The position numbers and the translations under genes were made by a program. Below the pieces are notes generated by a model. The model was not told where the DNA came from, did not search any database, and was given only the letters and a program-made list of their open reading frames with translations. 64,000 nucleotides of DNA from Promethearchaeota archaeon (GTDB lineage: Archaea; Asgardarchaeota; Lokiarchaeia; Sigyniarchaeales; SOKP01): positions 96,001-160,000 of the forward strand of contig JBHLMQ010000001.1 of assembly GCA_048938005.1 (NCBI GenBank). The letters are read 5' to 3'. Shown here piece by piece: positions 18,443-28,279 of this stretch (position 1 is the first letter of the stretch; each line of letters begins with the position of its first letter).

Positions 18443-18898
18443 TTAGCGACCCCTTCTTATTAATTCTTTTTCTTTAATATATCTATTCAATTGAGCAACA
18501 CTAGTAAACATTCCACCTTTTGCATTCTTGTATAGTTTTCGATAATTAACGGCAGTAATTAATTTTCGATTTCTAAGTTTTTTTAGTTCTCGTCTAATTG
18601 GACGAATTCGTTGGATCCAAGCTCTTTTCCTTGGAGTTCTTGCATGCTTTTTACCCTTTCTTTTTCCTAATCCTCTCGCTTTTCCTTTTTTCTTCCGCTG
18701 ATGCCTAATGTTTTTTCTATAGTTTGAGATGCCTTCCTTATATTTTTTCTGTATTGCCCCTTGTTTTATTAAATTACGAATATCTTCACGCGTAATTGCG
18801 AGGGAAATATCTTCAATCAAATATGGATCAAAATAAACTCTGTTTTTTCCGCATTTGAGAATCTCAGCTGCCATCCTTTTTTGTGGATTTAAATTCAT
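18443..18898 (-). CDS. rpl19e: Ribosomal protein eL19
   Basis: QKRMAAEILKCG, WIQRIR, KGGMF. Confidence 0.95.
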   Translation of the reverse strand: MNLNPQKRMAAEILKCGKNRVYFDPYLIEDISLAITREDIRNLIKQGAIQKKYKEGISNYRKNIRHQRKKKGKARGLGKRKGKKHARTPRKRAWIQRIRPIRRELKKLRNRKLITAVNYRKLYKNAKGGMFTSVAQLNRYIKEKELIRRGR

Positions 18899-18901
18899 TC
18901 C

Positions 18902-19420
18902 TTACCTCCTCTTTTTCTTTGTATTTTTATCCTTAATTTCAAAAGAATCTTCTAATTCATCTACATCGATAAATTCTTCGTCTTCAATATCAGATATTGG
19001 CGTTTCTACCATTGCTTCCAAGCTTTCAATTTCTTTTTGTGAAATTCCAAGATTTAATATTTTAAAACCTCTTTTTTGACAGTAATCGATAAGTGCAATG
19101 CGTTTTTTAGCCCCCAATTTTCCTGAAATTTTAATGCCATGCTTTTTTTTATTTAAAATAGATAAATCTTCTTTGGTAGTAATCCTCACTTCTTCATACC
19201 CTGATGGATGTAAACCTCTTACTTTTTTAGGGCCTCTATATCCAATTGTTGGAGATTTAACGCCTGATTTCTTTTTTTTTCGCGTTTTTGAATCGATACC
19301 TCTGGCTTTTCTCCAAGAATCTTTTACTCTTTTATATCTCCAAGATTCAACTCGCCTAAATAAGGGTCTTTTTTTATTTATCTTTTTGCGAAGTTCCATT
19401 AATCTTTTATCTTGTACCAT
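18902..19420 (-). CDS. rpl32e: Ribosomal protein eL32 with acidic C-terminal extension
   Basis: WRKARGIDSK, RGLHPSG. Confidence 0.95.
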   Translation of the reverse strand: MVQDKRLMELRKKINKKRPLFRRVESWRYKRVKDSWRKARGIDSKTRKKKKSGVKSPTIGYRGPKKVRGLHPSGYEEVRITTKEDLSILNKKKHGIKISGKLGAKKRIALIDYCQKRGFKILNLGISQKEIESLEAMVETPISDIEDEEFIDVDELEDSFEIKDKNTKKKRR

Positions 19421-19435
19421 GATAAATACCTCACT

Positions 19436-20014
19436 TTATTTTATTTCCCAGAGGATTTCTTCTCCAAGCATTTTTTTGTATAAATAAACACCATCTTGAA
19501 AAACTCGTGGATCTTTTTTACGAATACGACAAGCTCTTTTAACATTAGCCGCTGCTTGTCCTAATGATTCCTTATCAGGACCTATAAAATAGATATCATC
19601 TCCAATAACTTCTACATTTACATTTTCCGGGTATTCTGCAGTTCTTGGGGCCCTTTCTCCTAAGAAATTAACAATATGTATTTCTCTCTTATCTGATTTC
19701 ACTTCACAATTACAAGGAAAATGTGAGTAACATATTTTTGAGATATATTTATAATTTTTTTGAACACCCAGGATTAAATTATTAATAATACTAACGACTG
19801 TTTTAATTAAAGCTAATGTTCCACCTTTCGGAAAGTTTGTTGAAAAAATAATTTTTTTATCCTCAATTGAGACTTTTATACCTCTAACATGAGAGAAATC
19901 TTTTATAATATCTCCATTTGGTCCTTTTACCCTAATATGATGCCCACCTTCTAAAGTTACTTTAACTCCTTTAGGAATTTCCAATTCTTCCTTAAAGAAT
20001 GCAATTTTTACCAT
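19436..20014 (-). CDS. rpl6: Ribosomal protein uL6
   Basis: YSHFP, NFLGE, KDPRVFQDGVY. Confidence 0.95.
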   Translation of the reverse strand: MVKIAFFKEELEIPKGVKVTLEGGHHIRVKGPNGDIIKDFSHVRGIKVSIEDKKIIFSTNFPKGGTLALIKTVVSIINNLILGVQKNYKYISKICYSHFPCNCEVKSDKREIHIVNFLGERAPRTAEYPENVNVEVIGDDIYFIGPDKESLGQAAANVKRACRIRKKDPRVFQDGVYLYKKMLGEEILWEIK

Positions 20015-20037
20015 ATCATCTATACCTCATGATTGAT

Positions 20038-20421
20038 TTAATAGACATAACATAAAGTATGCCCACTTATTTGTTTTTCTTCAGCCTCTTTCATTGTCAT
20101 AATTCCTTGGTTCGTTGTTAATATGATTATCCCTAAACCAGGAGCAGGTAATAGTTTTCTTTCTAACATTTCGAACTGAGAAATCTTATAATTCAACCTC
20201 ATTAAACCTGCACATTCATTTATTTTACCTAATAACGCAATTTTAAATTTTCCTTGACGTCCATCATCATATCGTTCGAATTCTCCAATATAGGCGTTTT
20301 TTTGAAATATGCGTAACACTTGTTGAAGAATTTTTGAAGCTGGACTAATTATCACTTCATTTTTGCGTGCTCTTTCAGCATTTTTAAGAGCGCAACATGC
20401 ATCTGCTAAGGTATTTGCCAT
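20038..20421 (-). CDS. rps8: Ribosomal protein uS8
   Basis: YIGEFE..DDGRQGK, ILTTNQGIM. Confidence 0.95.
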   Translation of the reverse strand: MANTLADACCALKNAERARKNEVIISPASKILQQVLRIFQKNAYIGEFERYDDGRQGKFKIALLGKINECAGLMRLNYKISQFEMLERKLLPAPGLGIIILTTNQGIMTMKEAEEKQISGHTLCYVY

Positions 20422-20458
20422 AAATTTTCACTCTATTCTAATTCTTTTCACATTATTT

Positions 20459-20608
20459 TTATTCAAATCTTTTAAATCCAATATCTTTACCTATTTCATA
20501 GAAACATCTTCTACATATATATAATCCATAACGACGTATCACTCCTCTGTGTGTGTGACATCTTCTACACTCTCTCTGGCCCTTACCGTAATGTTTGCCC
20601 TGTGGTAT
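20459..20608 (-). CDS. rps14: Ribosomal protein uS14, zinc type (not in ORF track; probable ATA start)
   Basis: [49 protein letters not shown], canonical position between uL5 and uS8. Confidence 0.92.
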   Translation of the reverse strand: MPQGKHYGKGQRECRRCHTHRGVIRRYGLYICRRCFYEIGKDIGFKRFE

Positions 20609-20627
20609 CTTCTTTCACCTTAATTCA

Positions 20628-21221
20628 TTATATAAATTCTAAATCTAATTCTTTTACAATATCAACTCCAAATTTTTGCATTAAAAAATATTGAGTTTCT
20701 TCACGGGATACATAATGATGTTTTGGAACTTTTTTACGAGCTTTACGTCTAAATTTCACTCTCATCCCCGGGCGTATTACCCTTCCTACACAATCTAAAC
20801 CCCATATACCAATTGTATTATCATATTCAATACCCGGGATAGAAATATGTTCTGTTATTCCAAAACCAAAATTTCCATAATTATCAAAACTTTTTCTTAA
20901 GATTTTATTATTAGTTACAATTAATAATCTTTTAAGCAGCTTTTCTGCATTTTGACCCCTAATAGTTATTTTGGTGCCAATCGGACGCCCCTTTCTTAAA
21001 TTAAATTCTTTCACATTAGTTTTTGATAATGTCTTAATTGCCTTTTGACCTGTAATTGTTTCTAGCACGTTAACTGCTTTCTCCAATTCCTCTCCTCCAA
21101 CTCCAACACCAATATTTAGCACTAATTTTTCTAAATAGGGTCTTTTCATGGGATTTTTCCATTTTTCTTCAAACTTTTTTGACAGAGCTTCTGGAATTTT
21201 TCTTTTAGCTTTAACAGACAT
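20628..21221 (-). CDS. rpl5: Ribosomal protein uL5
   Basis: NPM..P.LEKLVLNIGVG, FDNYGNFGFGITEHI. Confidence 0.95.
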   Translation of the reverse strand: MSVKAKRKIPEALSKKFEEKWKNPMKRPYLEKLVLNIGVGVGGEELEKAVNVLETITGQKAIKTLSKTNVKEFNLRKGRPIGTKITIRGQNAEKLLKRLLIVTNNKILRKSFDNYGNFGFGITEHISIPGIEYDNTIGIWGLDCVGRVIRPGMRVKFRRKARKKVPKHHYVSREETQYFLMQKFGVDIVKELDLEFI

Positions 21222-21252
21222 TTTATGTCACTTACTCTCTCTCTTTAAATTA

Positions 21253-22008
21253 TTAACTTCCTATTTTTGGTAAATCAATTTCAGAATTATCTTCCCCAAT
21301 AATAAATGTATAATCATATAGAGTTTCTGTATAATCCCCATTGTGTTGAATAGAGACTGTACTTGCTTTAGGGCCAAATTTTTTCAAAATATTATTGATT
21401 TTTCCAATTTGTCCGATGTTTTTACCAGATATAATGAGGGCTAAATTATTTTCTTTAAATTTCAAAATCTTGTTGATTTCTTGTTCAGGAATAGAAATTT
21501 TCAAAACATCCATTCGTTTATATATATCTTCTTTCGGATTCCTAGGATCTTGAACTTTAATTAAAATATTTCTTCCATCATGAAGATTTAATTGTATATG
21601 ACCACCCTTTATACTTGTTTTATTGTTTATTCTACATAATTTGAAAGCACTCTCTGCTTCAGAAATTTCATGCAAAATTAAGCCGTAATGAGAATCTGGA
21701 AGTATTCTATAGTGTTTATTCATTTTTTCAATAGATATAACATCCATTAAACCTAATGGAAATGATTTATTTCTAACGGTTTTTCCATCAACCTTAAAAT
21801 AACCCAAACCAATTAATTTTTTCGCTTCTCTATGACTATCAACAATATTGAGCAAATCTCTAACAACGTGAAGCAGTGGTAAACAAAATCTACTAGGATG
21901 AGCTCCTGGAGATGGACTTACAAAAAATTTACCATGTTTTCTTTTAATTTGTAAGTATGCGGGAGTATTGAGCCTTTTTAACACTTTTTGACCGCCATGT
22001 CGAGTCAT
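21253..22008 (-). CDS. rps4e: Ribosomal protein eS4
   Basis: LKRL..P, PSPGAH, QLNLHDGRNI. Confidence 0.95.
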   Translation of the reverse strand: MTRHGGQKVLKRLNTPAYLQIKRKHGKFFVSPSPGAHPSRFCLPLLHVVRDLLNIVDSHREAKKLIGLGYFKVDGKTVRNKSFPLGLMDVISIEKMNKHYRILPDSHYGLILHEISEAESAFKLCRINNKTSIKGGHIQLNLHDGRNILIKVQDPRNPKEDIYKRMDVLKISIPEQEINKILKFKENNLALIISGKNIGQIGKINNILKKFGPKASTVSIQHNGDYTETLYDYTFIIGEDNSEIDLPKIGS

Positions 22009-22011
22009 AAT

Positions 22012-22440
22012 TTACTTTTCCTCCTCTTTTTCTTTCTTTGGAGCTTTTATTTCTTCTTTATAAAACCCATACAGAGCTTTTCTTTCGATCATGTTCGCGC
22101 GCCATGGATCCATTTTCTTTTCTTTCGCAAACTTAGTAATAATTAAATTCGATATATGTATTGGAGGATGAAACTGGGTTCCGTCAGTCTTATCGAATTG
22201 GGCTTCTTTAATTTTTGCTCGCTGATTTTTCGTAATTTCAATAATTTCACCTTCAAAATCCTTAAATTCGCCCCTGCATACTCTTACTTGATCACCAACT
22301 CTAAGAGGGAGCCTTTTAATCCCATATTCATCACGAAGAAAATCAGCTACCCTAGTACTAAGCAATTTTGACCGTTGATGATTCTTGTAATTATAGAGAG
22401 CTTTTCTTTGCTTTCTTGGTTGTATTGTTTTAACTTTCAT
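22012..22440 (-). CDS. rpl24: Ribosomal protein uL24
   Basis: QPRKQRK, GDQVRV.RG KOW motif, IHISNL. Confidence 0.93.
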   Translation of the reverse strand: MKVKTIQPRKQRKALYNYKNHQRSKLLSTRVADFLRDEYGIKRLPLRVGDQVRVCRGEFKDFEGEIIEITKNQRAKIKEAQFDKTDGTQFHPPIHISNLIITKFAKEKKMDPWRANMIERKALYGFYKEEIKAPKKEKEEEK

Positions 22441-22458
22441 TTTTTATTTTATCTTTTT

Positions 22459-22884
22459 TTATATTATTAATGATGAAATTGATGCTAATCTTGGAAACAT
22501 TTCTGCTGCTTCTCGTGCGATTGGTCCTCTAATCTCTGTTGCCCTTGGATCACCTTCTTTTGTAACAAGGACACCAGCATTATCTTCAAAACAAAGTCTT
22601 GTTCCGTCTATTCGTCTATAAATCATTTTTTGTCTAACTATTACAGCTTTTACGATATTTCCTCTTAATTCTGGTTTACCCTTTTTAATTGTAACCGTAC
22701 ATACGCTTCCAACTGATGCCTTTGGTAATCTTCTTAATCGTGTCTTAAAACCATCTACATTAATTATTTGAGCTATTTTAGCCCCTGAATTATCTGTAAT
22801 GGTAATTCTTGATCCATTACATAAACCATAGCTTGTACGCGGTTTAGTATATGTCTTTCTTCCAAGTTTTCTTCTTGTTCCCAT
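22459..22884 (-). CDS. rpl14: Ribosomal protein uL14
   Basis: DNSGAK, KKGKPELR, FEDNA, GPIARE. Confidence 0.95.
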   Translation of the reverse strand: MGTRRKLGRKTYTKPRTSYGLCNGSRITITDNSGAKIAQIINVDGFKTRLRRLPKASVGSVCTVTIKKGKPELRGNIVKAVIVRQKMIYRRIDGTRLCFEDNAGVLVTKEGDPRATEIRGPIAREAAEMFPRLASISSLII

Positions 22885-23238
22885 TTACACAGCCCCACTT
22901 GAAATTTTATCTAATACTATAAATGCTTTTGTTTTAGAAATTTTTCGAGATTCTCCAACTCTTACTAAATCTCCTATCTCAACCTCATGGCTTAAACACT
23001 CTGGTAAATGACAGGCTAGACGCGTATTACGACGCTCATATCTTTGATACTTTTTAACAAATTGAACATAATCCCTTCTAATAATAATAGTTTTTTGTGA
23101 TTTTTTACTCACTACAATACCTTGCGTAATTTTCCCTCTAATTCTTGATTTTCCATGATATGGGCAGAATTGGTCATTACATTCTTCAGCTTTAACCTTA
23201 GGAGGAACTACACCAGGGATACCAATATTTCTACTCAT
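22885..23238 (-). CDS. rps17: Ribosomal protein uS17
   Basis: CND..CPYHG, KYQRYERR, ISKTK. Confidence 0.95.
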   Translation of the reverse strand: MSRNIGIPGVVPPKVKAEECNDQFCPYHGKSRIRGKITQGIVVSKKSQKTIIIRRDYVQFVKKYQRYERRNTRLACHLPECLSHEVEIGDLVRVGESRKISKTKAFIVLDKISSGAV

Positions 23239-23549
23239 TTTTTTAACCATCTCTTCTTCTTTAAACTTCTTAATCTATTCACGGGAAATCCAACAATCTT
23301 TTCTCCTTGAACTTCTAGATAATAATCCTCTCCATCATTCATATATTCTGATATTTTAAACCGAAATATATAATCTTTTTTAATATATTTCTTGATATTA
23401 TTATCCTTTTCAATTATTATCATATTTCTTGTTTCATCAATAACAACGCCTAAATTCAAGAATTTCTTATCTTTAGACATCGATTTGGGTTTAGCAAAGG
23501 TTTTAAAACCAATCAGGTCATGATATATAAAATATTTTGGATTTATCAT
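23235..23549 (-). CDS. rnp1: RNase P protein subunit Rpp29/POP4
   Basis: HDLIG, GVVIDETRNMI; canonical operon position. Confidence 0.85.
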   Translation of the reverse strand: MINPKYFIYHDLIGFKTFAKPKSMSKDKKFLNLGVVIDETRNMIIIEKDNNIKKYIKKDYIFRFKISEYMNDGEDYYLEVQGEKIVGFPVNRLRSLKKKRWLKK

Positions 23550-23746
23550 CGTTTCTCTTCATTCATTACAGTTAATATTCTTGCTATTTGTTTTCTTAAT
23601 AATTTTGCTTTGGCGGGATTGTCAGAAAGCCCTCCACCAGTTTGCATTGAGTAAAGTATCATTAATTCCTCTCTTAAATTAATTAATGCTCTTTCCCTCT
23701 CTCTATCATCCATTTCTCGAATTTTTTTTGCTGTTAAAATGTCCAT
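23546..23746 (-). CDS. rpl29: Ribosomal protein uL29
   Basis: IREM, NPAKAK.LRKQIARILTV. Confidence 0.93.
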   Translation of the reverse strand: MDILTAKKIREMDDRERERALINLREELMILYSMQTGGGLSDNPAKAKLLRKQIARILTVMNEEKR

Positions 23747-23769
23747 ATTCCATCACAATTTTGTTCTTA

Positions 23770-24567
23770 TTACTTTTTTTCTTTGTTTGAACCCTCTTTT
23801 TCATCTTCTGTATCAGGAGTTAATGAAATCTCAGAAATTTTTTCCTCATCTACTTCATCAAGAATTTTCTTATCCTCCTCGCTTAAAACTCCTTCTACCT
23901 CCTCAATAACATAATCTGCTCGTGTTTTTGCTAGTTTTACCTGCTTTTCTGCCTGAGCTTTAACTAATAGATCATCCTTGATTTTAATGTCATCACCCAT
24001 TTTCGTATTAGCCTGCATTATTTTCACAATTACTCCTAGAACTCCTGATTTCTGTATACATTGAGCAACACCCTTATCTACACCTTCTTGCGCAGGTTGA
24101 CCACTCTTAGATATAGTACCTGCACGGAAGATTTGTGTTCTTGCTCTTTGAGAAGTAACTTTCCCTGAGATAATAATCTCTACACCTCGTGCACCAGCAT
24201 CCATTACTTTTCTCAGAATATAATAACCCGCTCTTCTATAATGTCTTCCTCTATCAAGACTATATGCTAATCTTTCAGCCATTATTTGAGCATCTAAGTC
24301 TGGCTGATCAACTTCTTCTACTTCAATCTGAGGCATTTCAAGTCCAAAACGATCTTGAAGGACTTCTGTAATTTCTTGAATTCTCTTTCCACCTTTGCCA
24401 ATTACTAAACCTGGGCGAGAGGTTTTTAAGGTAATCCTTACCCCTAGTGGTGTACGTTGTAGCTCAACACCTGCAAATCCAGCACGAACTAACTCTGAAC
24501 GTAAATATTCATTTATTTGCATTAGCTTAATCCCTTGTTCAATAAAATTTTTCACTAGAGGACTCAT
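23770..24567 (-). CDS. rps3: Ribosomal protein uS3 with acidic tail
   Basis: RPGLVIGKGG, GARGVEIIISGK. Confidence 0.95.
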   Translation of the reverse strand: MSPLVKNFIEQGIKLMQINEYLRSELVRAGFAGVELQRTPLGVRITLKTSRPGLVIGKGGKRIQEITEVLQDRFGLEMPQIEVEEVDQPDLDAQIMAERLAYSLDRGRHYRRAGYYILRKVMDAGARGVEIIISGKVTSQRARTQIFRAGTISKSGQPAQEGVDKGVAQCIQKSGVLGVIVKIMQANTKMGDDIKIKDDLLVKAQAEKQVKLAKTRADYVIEEVEGVLSEEDKKILDEVDEEKISEISLTPDTEDEKEGSNKEKK

Positions 24568-24617
24568 TTTATCTCAACTTTTTTTGATTAACTATCTTAA
24601 TTTTATCATTAATTTAC

Positions 24618-25097
24618 CTAACTTGGGAACTCGTAAATAACAATTTCTACATGTGAAAGGTGTTTATTTTTTGCCGTACTACGCCCACGAGCACGTGGGA
24701 TATATCTCTTTATTATTCTTCCCCTATGCGTTGCTGCATGAATAATCCTGCATAGATCAATATCTAAACCCTTATATTCTGCGTTTGATTCTACAGACGT
24801 AAGAATTTCATATATTCTAGCTGCTGCTTTTTGAGGATACCTTCCAGCATACCATTTAAATTGTTTTAAATCATTTCTATGGGCGACTTTTTTCTTATGT
24901 CTTCTGAATGGTACTGATTGCTCTAATCGGATTACTTTTTCCAAAAATGTTTTTGCTTGATCTATTTTCATTCCTTTAATTACCGCACAAATCTCTCTCC
25001 CATGCTTTGGTTTAATTCTGACATCACGACCCGATGCTTTTGCTAATCTATCGGCATCATATTTCTGTTCTACAAATGAATAATCCCAGGTAGGCAT
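24618..25097 (-). CDS. rpl22: Ribosomal protein uL22
   Basis: GRYPQKAA, NAEYKGL, PRARGR. Confidence 0.95.
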   Translation of the reverse strand: MPTWDYSFVEQKYDADRLAKASGRDVRIKPKHGREICAVIKGMKIDQAKTFLEKVIRLEQSVPFRRHKKKVAHRNDLKQFKWYAGRYPQKAAARIYEILTSVESNAEYKGLDIDLCRIIHAATHRGRIIKRYIPRARGRSTAKNKHLSHVEIVIYEFPS

Positions 25098-25123
25098 CTA
25101 TTATCAACTCGTTTTATAAATAT

Positions 25124-25699
25124 TTATTTCAATGGAACATATTTTGAACTTCTTGTGGCTCCAATCCCTGGTGATCCATGTTGGACTCTTTTTCTGGTCA
25201 AAGAAAACTCCCCAAGATATTTTCCAATCATTTCAGGTTTAATCTCAACCGTTTCAAAGATCCTCCCGTTGTATACTCCAATTTTGAGCCCAACCATCTC
25301 TGGAAAAATGATCATATCGCGTACATGTGTACGAGTCAATAGATCTTTCCCACGTTTTTTAGCACGATAAGCCCTTCTTAATCTTTCAAGCAATTTTTTT
25401 TGTCTTGGTGGTAATCCTCTTTTCAAAGAACGTCTAGATCTGGCTGGTAATAATTGAATGAATTGATCCATATTCATTTTCTTCAATTCATCTAAGGTAT
25501 GCCCTCTATATTTGAATCTTAGTCGGTCTAACTCTGCTTCAGTATCCAGTTCTTCTTTTTCCTCCAATTCTTCTTCTAGTTCTTCTTCTATTTCAGTTTC
25601 TATCTCTTTCTCTGAATCTAAATCTTTTTCTGAATCATTCTCAGACTCTTCATCCATTTTTTCTGATATTTTTTCATCAGATTGTTCATCCGGAGCCAT
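25124..25699 (-). CDS. rps19: Ribosomal protein uS19 with ~60-aa acidic N-terminal extension
   Basis: [33 protein letters not shown]. Confidence 0.95.
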   Translation of the reverse strand: MAPDEQSDEKISEKMDEESENDSEKDLDSEKEIETEIEEELEEELEEKEELDTEAELDRLRFKYRGHTLDELKKMNMDQFIQLLPARSRRSLKRGLPPRQKKLLERLRRAYRAKKRGKDLLTRTHVRDMIIFPEMVGLKIGVYNGRIFETVEIKPEMIGKYLGEFSLTRKRVQHGSPGIGATRSSKYVPLK

Positions 25700-25926
25700 T
25701 TTTTAACCAATCTGCTTATTCCATTTATTAAATTCTGTAAATTTTTTCCTATATAACTTATTGCGGTAAGGTTTGTAGTGTTACATTAATTTTAACTTTT
25801 AGGTTAAGCTAGCAAAAATCATAAAACTTATAAGTGTTAGATGTAATTTTAAAGAAAATCTCACCTATCTAAATATCTCAAATTACAAGCTGCTTTTTGT
25901 ACGCTTTTTTCATGATTAAAAAAAAC

Positions 25927-26604
25927 TTATTCGTAATAATTTGGATTATAAACTCGTTCTATATCATTCTCATCAAATCTTCCATTCCATCTTTCTTTAA
26001 CTAACACAAATTTATTTCTTTCTTTATTGGGATTAATAATAGAATGGTAAGTATTTATAAGGTTTTGAAATGTTGTTTTAGATTCAACAAAATAATGCAC
26101 TTTATTCCCATTGATAATAATAGGTTTACCCTCCAAAATTTCCCAGAACTCATTTCTATATTTATGAGTTTGAATTGAAAGACCAAACTCTGGTCGAATA
26201 AAAATTAAATTATAATCTGGGTAAGTAAATTTAAAGCTATACCACTTCGGAAGTGTATCAGTATATCCTTTGGGGATATTATATTTTTTTTTAAATAATT
26301 CTGGTTTAAGATTAATCTTCTTTGAAGATTCGTATTTATAAGGATGATAAATTATTTTATAACGTGAAATATCTCGATTATAATGAATATTTAGTACATC
26401 TTTTCCAATATTTATTATCATGTAATAAGAGTTAGGTTTAATTTTTAAATCTGAGTTTGAAATTTCTTCAGTTAGAAAAGATGTCCCATTGATTAGAAAA
26501 ATATCTTCATAATTTTTTTTATTTATATCGATTTTTAATTCATGGGAATTTGTCTTTCTCATTAATGTACCTCTATGAACAGGAAGTTTTTCTTTTTCCA
26601 ACAT
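25927..26604 (-). CDS. Cupin protein, type II mannose-6-phosphate isomerase C-terminal-like
   Basis: LSIQTHKYRNEFWEILEG, HSIINP, DENDIER. Confidence 0.6.
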   Translation of the reverse strand: MLEKEKLPVHRGTLMRKTNSHELKIDINKKNYEDIFLINGTSFLTEEISNSDLKIKPNSYYMIINIGKDVLNIHYNRDISRYKIIYHPYKYESSKKINLKPELFKKKYNIPKGYTDTLPKWYSFKFTYPDYNLIFIRPEFGLSIQTHKYRNEFWEILEGKPIIINGNKVHYFVESKTTFQNLINTYHSIINPNKERNKFVLVKERWNGRFDENDIERVYNPNYYE

Positions 26605-26615
26605 ATTCCCTCTTT

Positions 26616-27584
26616 TTAATCAATATATCCATTTAAATCTTTTAGTCTATTTTTAATTTCTTTCAAAAATGGCATCGATGCTTGAGCTCCTTTTCTAGTA
26701 ACAGCAATAGAAGCAGCTATAGTTGCATATTTAACAGCATCTAAGATTGATCTGCCTCTACTCAACATACTTGCTAAGACACCTATAAAACAGTCTCCTG
26801 CTCCCACAGTATCTACAGTTTTAACTTTAGGAGCAGGTACTTCGAAAAAATTATTTTCCTTTCCATCAAAAATTATAGATCCTTTACTTCCCAAAGTGGT
26901 TATAATATATTTTATACCTAAACGAGCAATATCTTCTGAAGTATGAATAATTTTTTGTTTTCCCTCTTTAATTGAATCTTTGAAACCTAATAATGAATGC
27001 AAATGAAAAAGTTCACCTTCGTTTGGAACTATGACATCTACTTTATTTAAAATTTCTTGTGGAATTGGTTTCAATGGGGCAGGATTTAAAATCTTAATAA
27101 CATTTCCTTTAGAAGCTATTGAAAATACATATTGAATTGTTTCAATTGGTATTTCCATCTGAACTACTAATGAAGTTGCATTTTCGATTATTTCTGTTTT
27201 AGAACTTATATCATTGGGATTAAGTTTAGAATTAGCTCCTGGTGCTACACTTATCATATTTTCACCAGTTTCATCAATTAATATAAAAGCCACTCCACTT
27301 GGTTCTTGAGGATCTCTAATAACATAGTCCATATTAATACCCTCATCTCTTAATCGAGAAACCATCTGATCACCAAATAAATCAAGTCCAATCTTCCCTA
27401 TGAAAATAGTCCTAGCTCCTGATCTCACAGACGCAACTGCTTGATTTGCCCCTTTCCCTCCTAAAAATTGTTTAAAAGTGCCTCCTGTGACAGTTTCTCC
27501 TGGATTTGGAAATCTTTTTGAATAGATGTTTAAATCCATATTACTTGATCCGATAATAACAACATATTCAGTTTCTCCAGGCAT
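26616..27584 (-). CDS. rbsK: Ribokinase (PfkB family)
   Basis: GGKGANQAVA, LNPAP, PNEGE, DTVGAGDCF. Confidence 0.9.
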   Translation of the reverse strand: MPGETEYVVIIGSSNMDLNIYSKRFPNPGETVTGGTFKQFLGGKGANQAVASVRSGARTIFIGKIGLDLFGDQMVSRLRDEGINMDYVIRDPQEPSGVAFILIDETGENMISVAPGANSKLNPNDISSKTEIIENATSLVVQMEIPIETIQYVFSIASKGNVIKILNPAPLKPIPQEILNKVDVIVPNEGELFHLHSLLGFKDSIKEGKQKIIHTSEDIARLGIKYIITTLGSKGSIIFDGKENNFFEVPAPKVKTVDTVGAGDCFIGVLASMLSRGRSILDAVKYATIAASIAVTRKGAQASMPFLKEIKNRLKDLNGYID

Positions 27585-27813
27585 AAATTCGGCACTAAAT
27601 TTTAACGAGTGTTTTAATTATTATTATTCCTATATTGTCTATTTGTGGAACATCTTAATATTTTATTTTCTATCCAATAGTTTCGATCGAATAGTTTTAA
27701 TTGAATAATTTTTTAAAAAATAATATTAAGCAAAATTTACATGCTAACATATTCAGAATTAATCTTATTAAAATAATAAAAATAAAAAAGAGAAATTTTA
27801 AAAGGTTATAACT

Positions 27814-28143
27814 ATGGCTAAGGATAAGATTATTGGCGCAATTGTAATGATCATTGGGATATTTATCGCTATCATTTATACATTAGGATCTATTGTAGAT
27901 CTCTACATGGTAAAGGTTTTAAACATTGGGGGTGGACTTGATCTTACATCTAGCTGGTTTTTTGGATTGGATATACTAAGTTGGGAACTTATGGTAGTTT
28001 TACCAATGTGGCTTTTAATAATTTTAATTTCTATTATAGCTATTTGGATTGGATACAGTATGTTAACCACACCAGCACCAGTTCCACTTGAAGAATTGGA
28101 AGAGGAGCTAGCCGCTGAAGAGGAAGCGGAAGAATCTGATTAA
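27814..28143 (+). CDS. Two-TM membrane protein, DPM2-like
   Basis: D.IIG...IY and VVLP...WIGYSM pattern resembling DPM2; acidic tail. Confidence 0.5.
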   Translation: MAKDKIIGAIVMIIGIFIAIIYTLGSIVDLYMVKVLNIGGGLDLTSSWFFGLDILSWELMVVLPMWLLIILISIIAIWIGYSMLTTPAPVPLEELEEELAAEEEAEESD

Positions 28144-28279
28144 ATAACTCTTATATTTAAATTTTTATTTTTTTCATTTTTCGGCATTCTTTTTTTTTAC
28201 TTAAAATGGATTGTTTCAATTATATCACCTCAATTTTTTAATGATTTTCACAAATTTTACTATAAATTTCTTTATAAAT

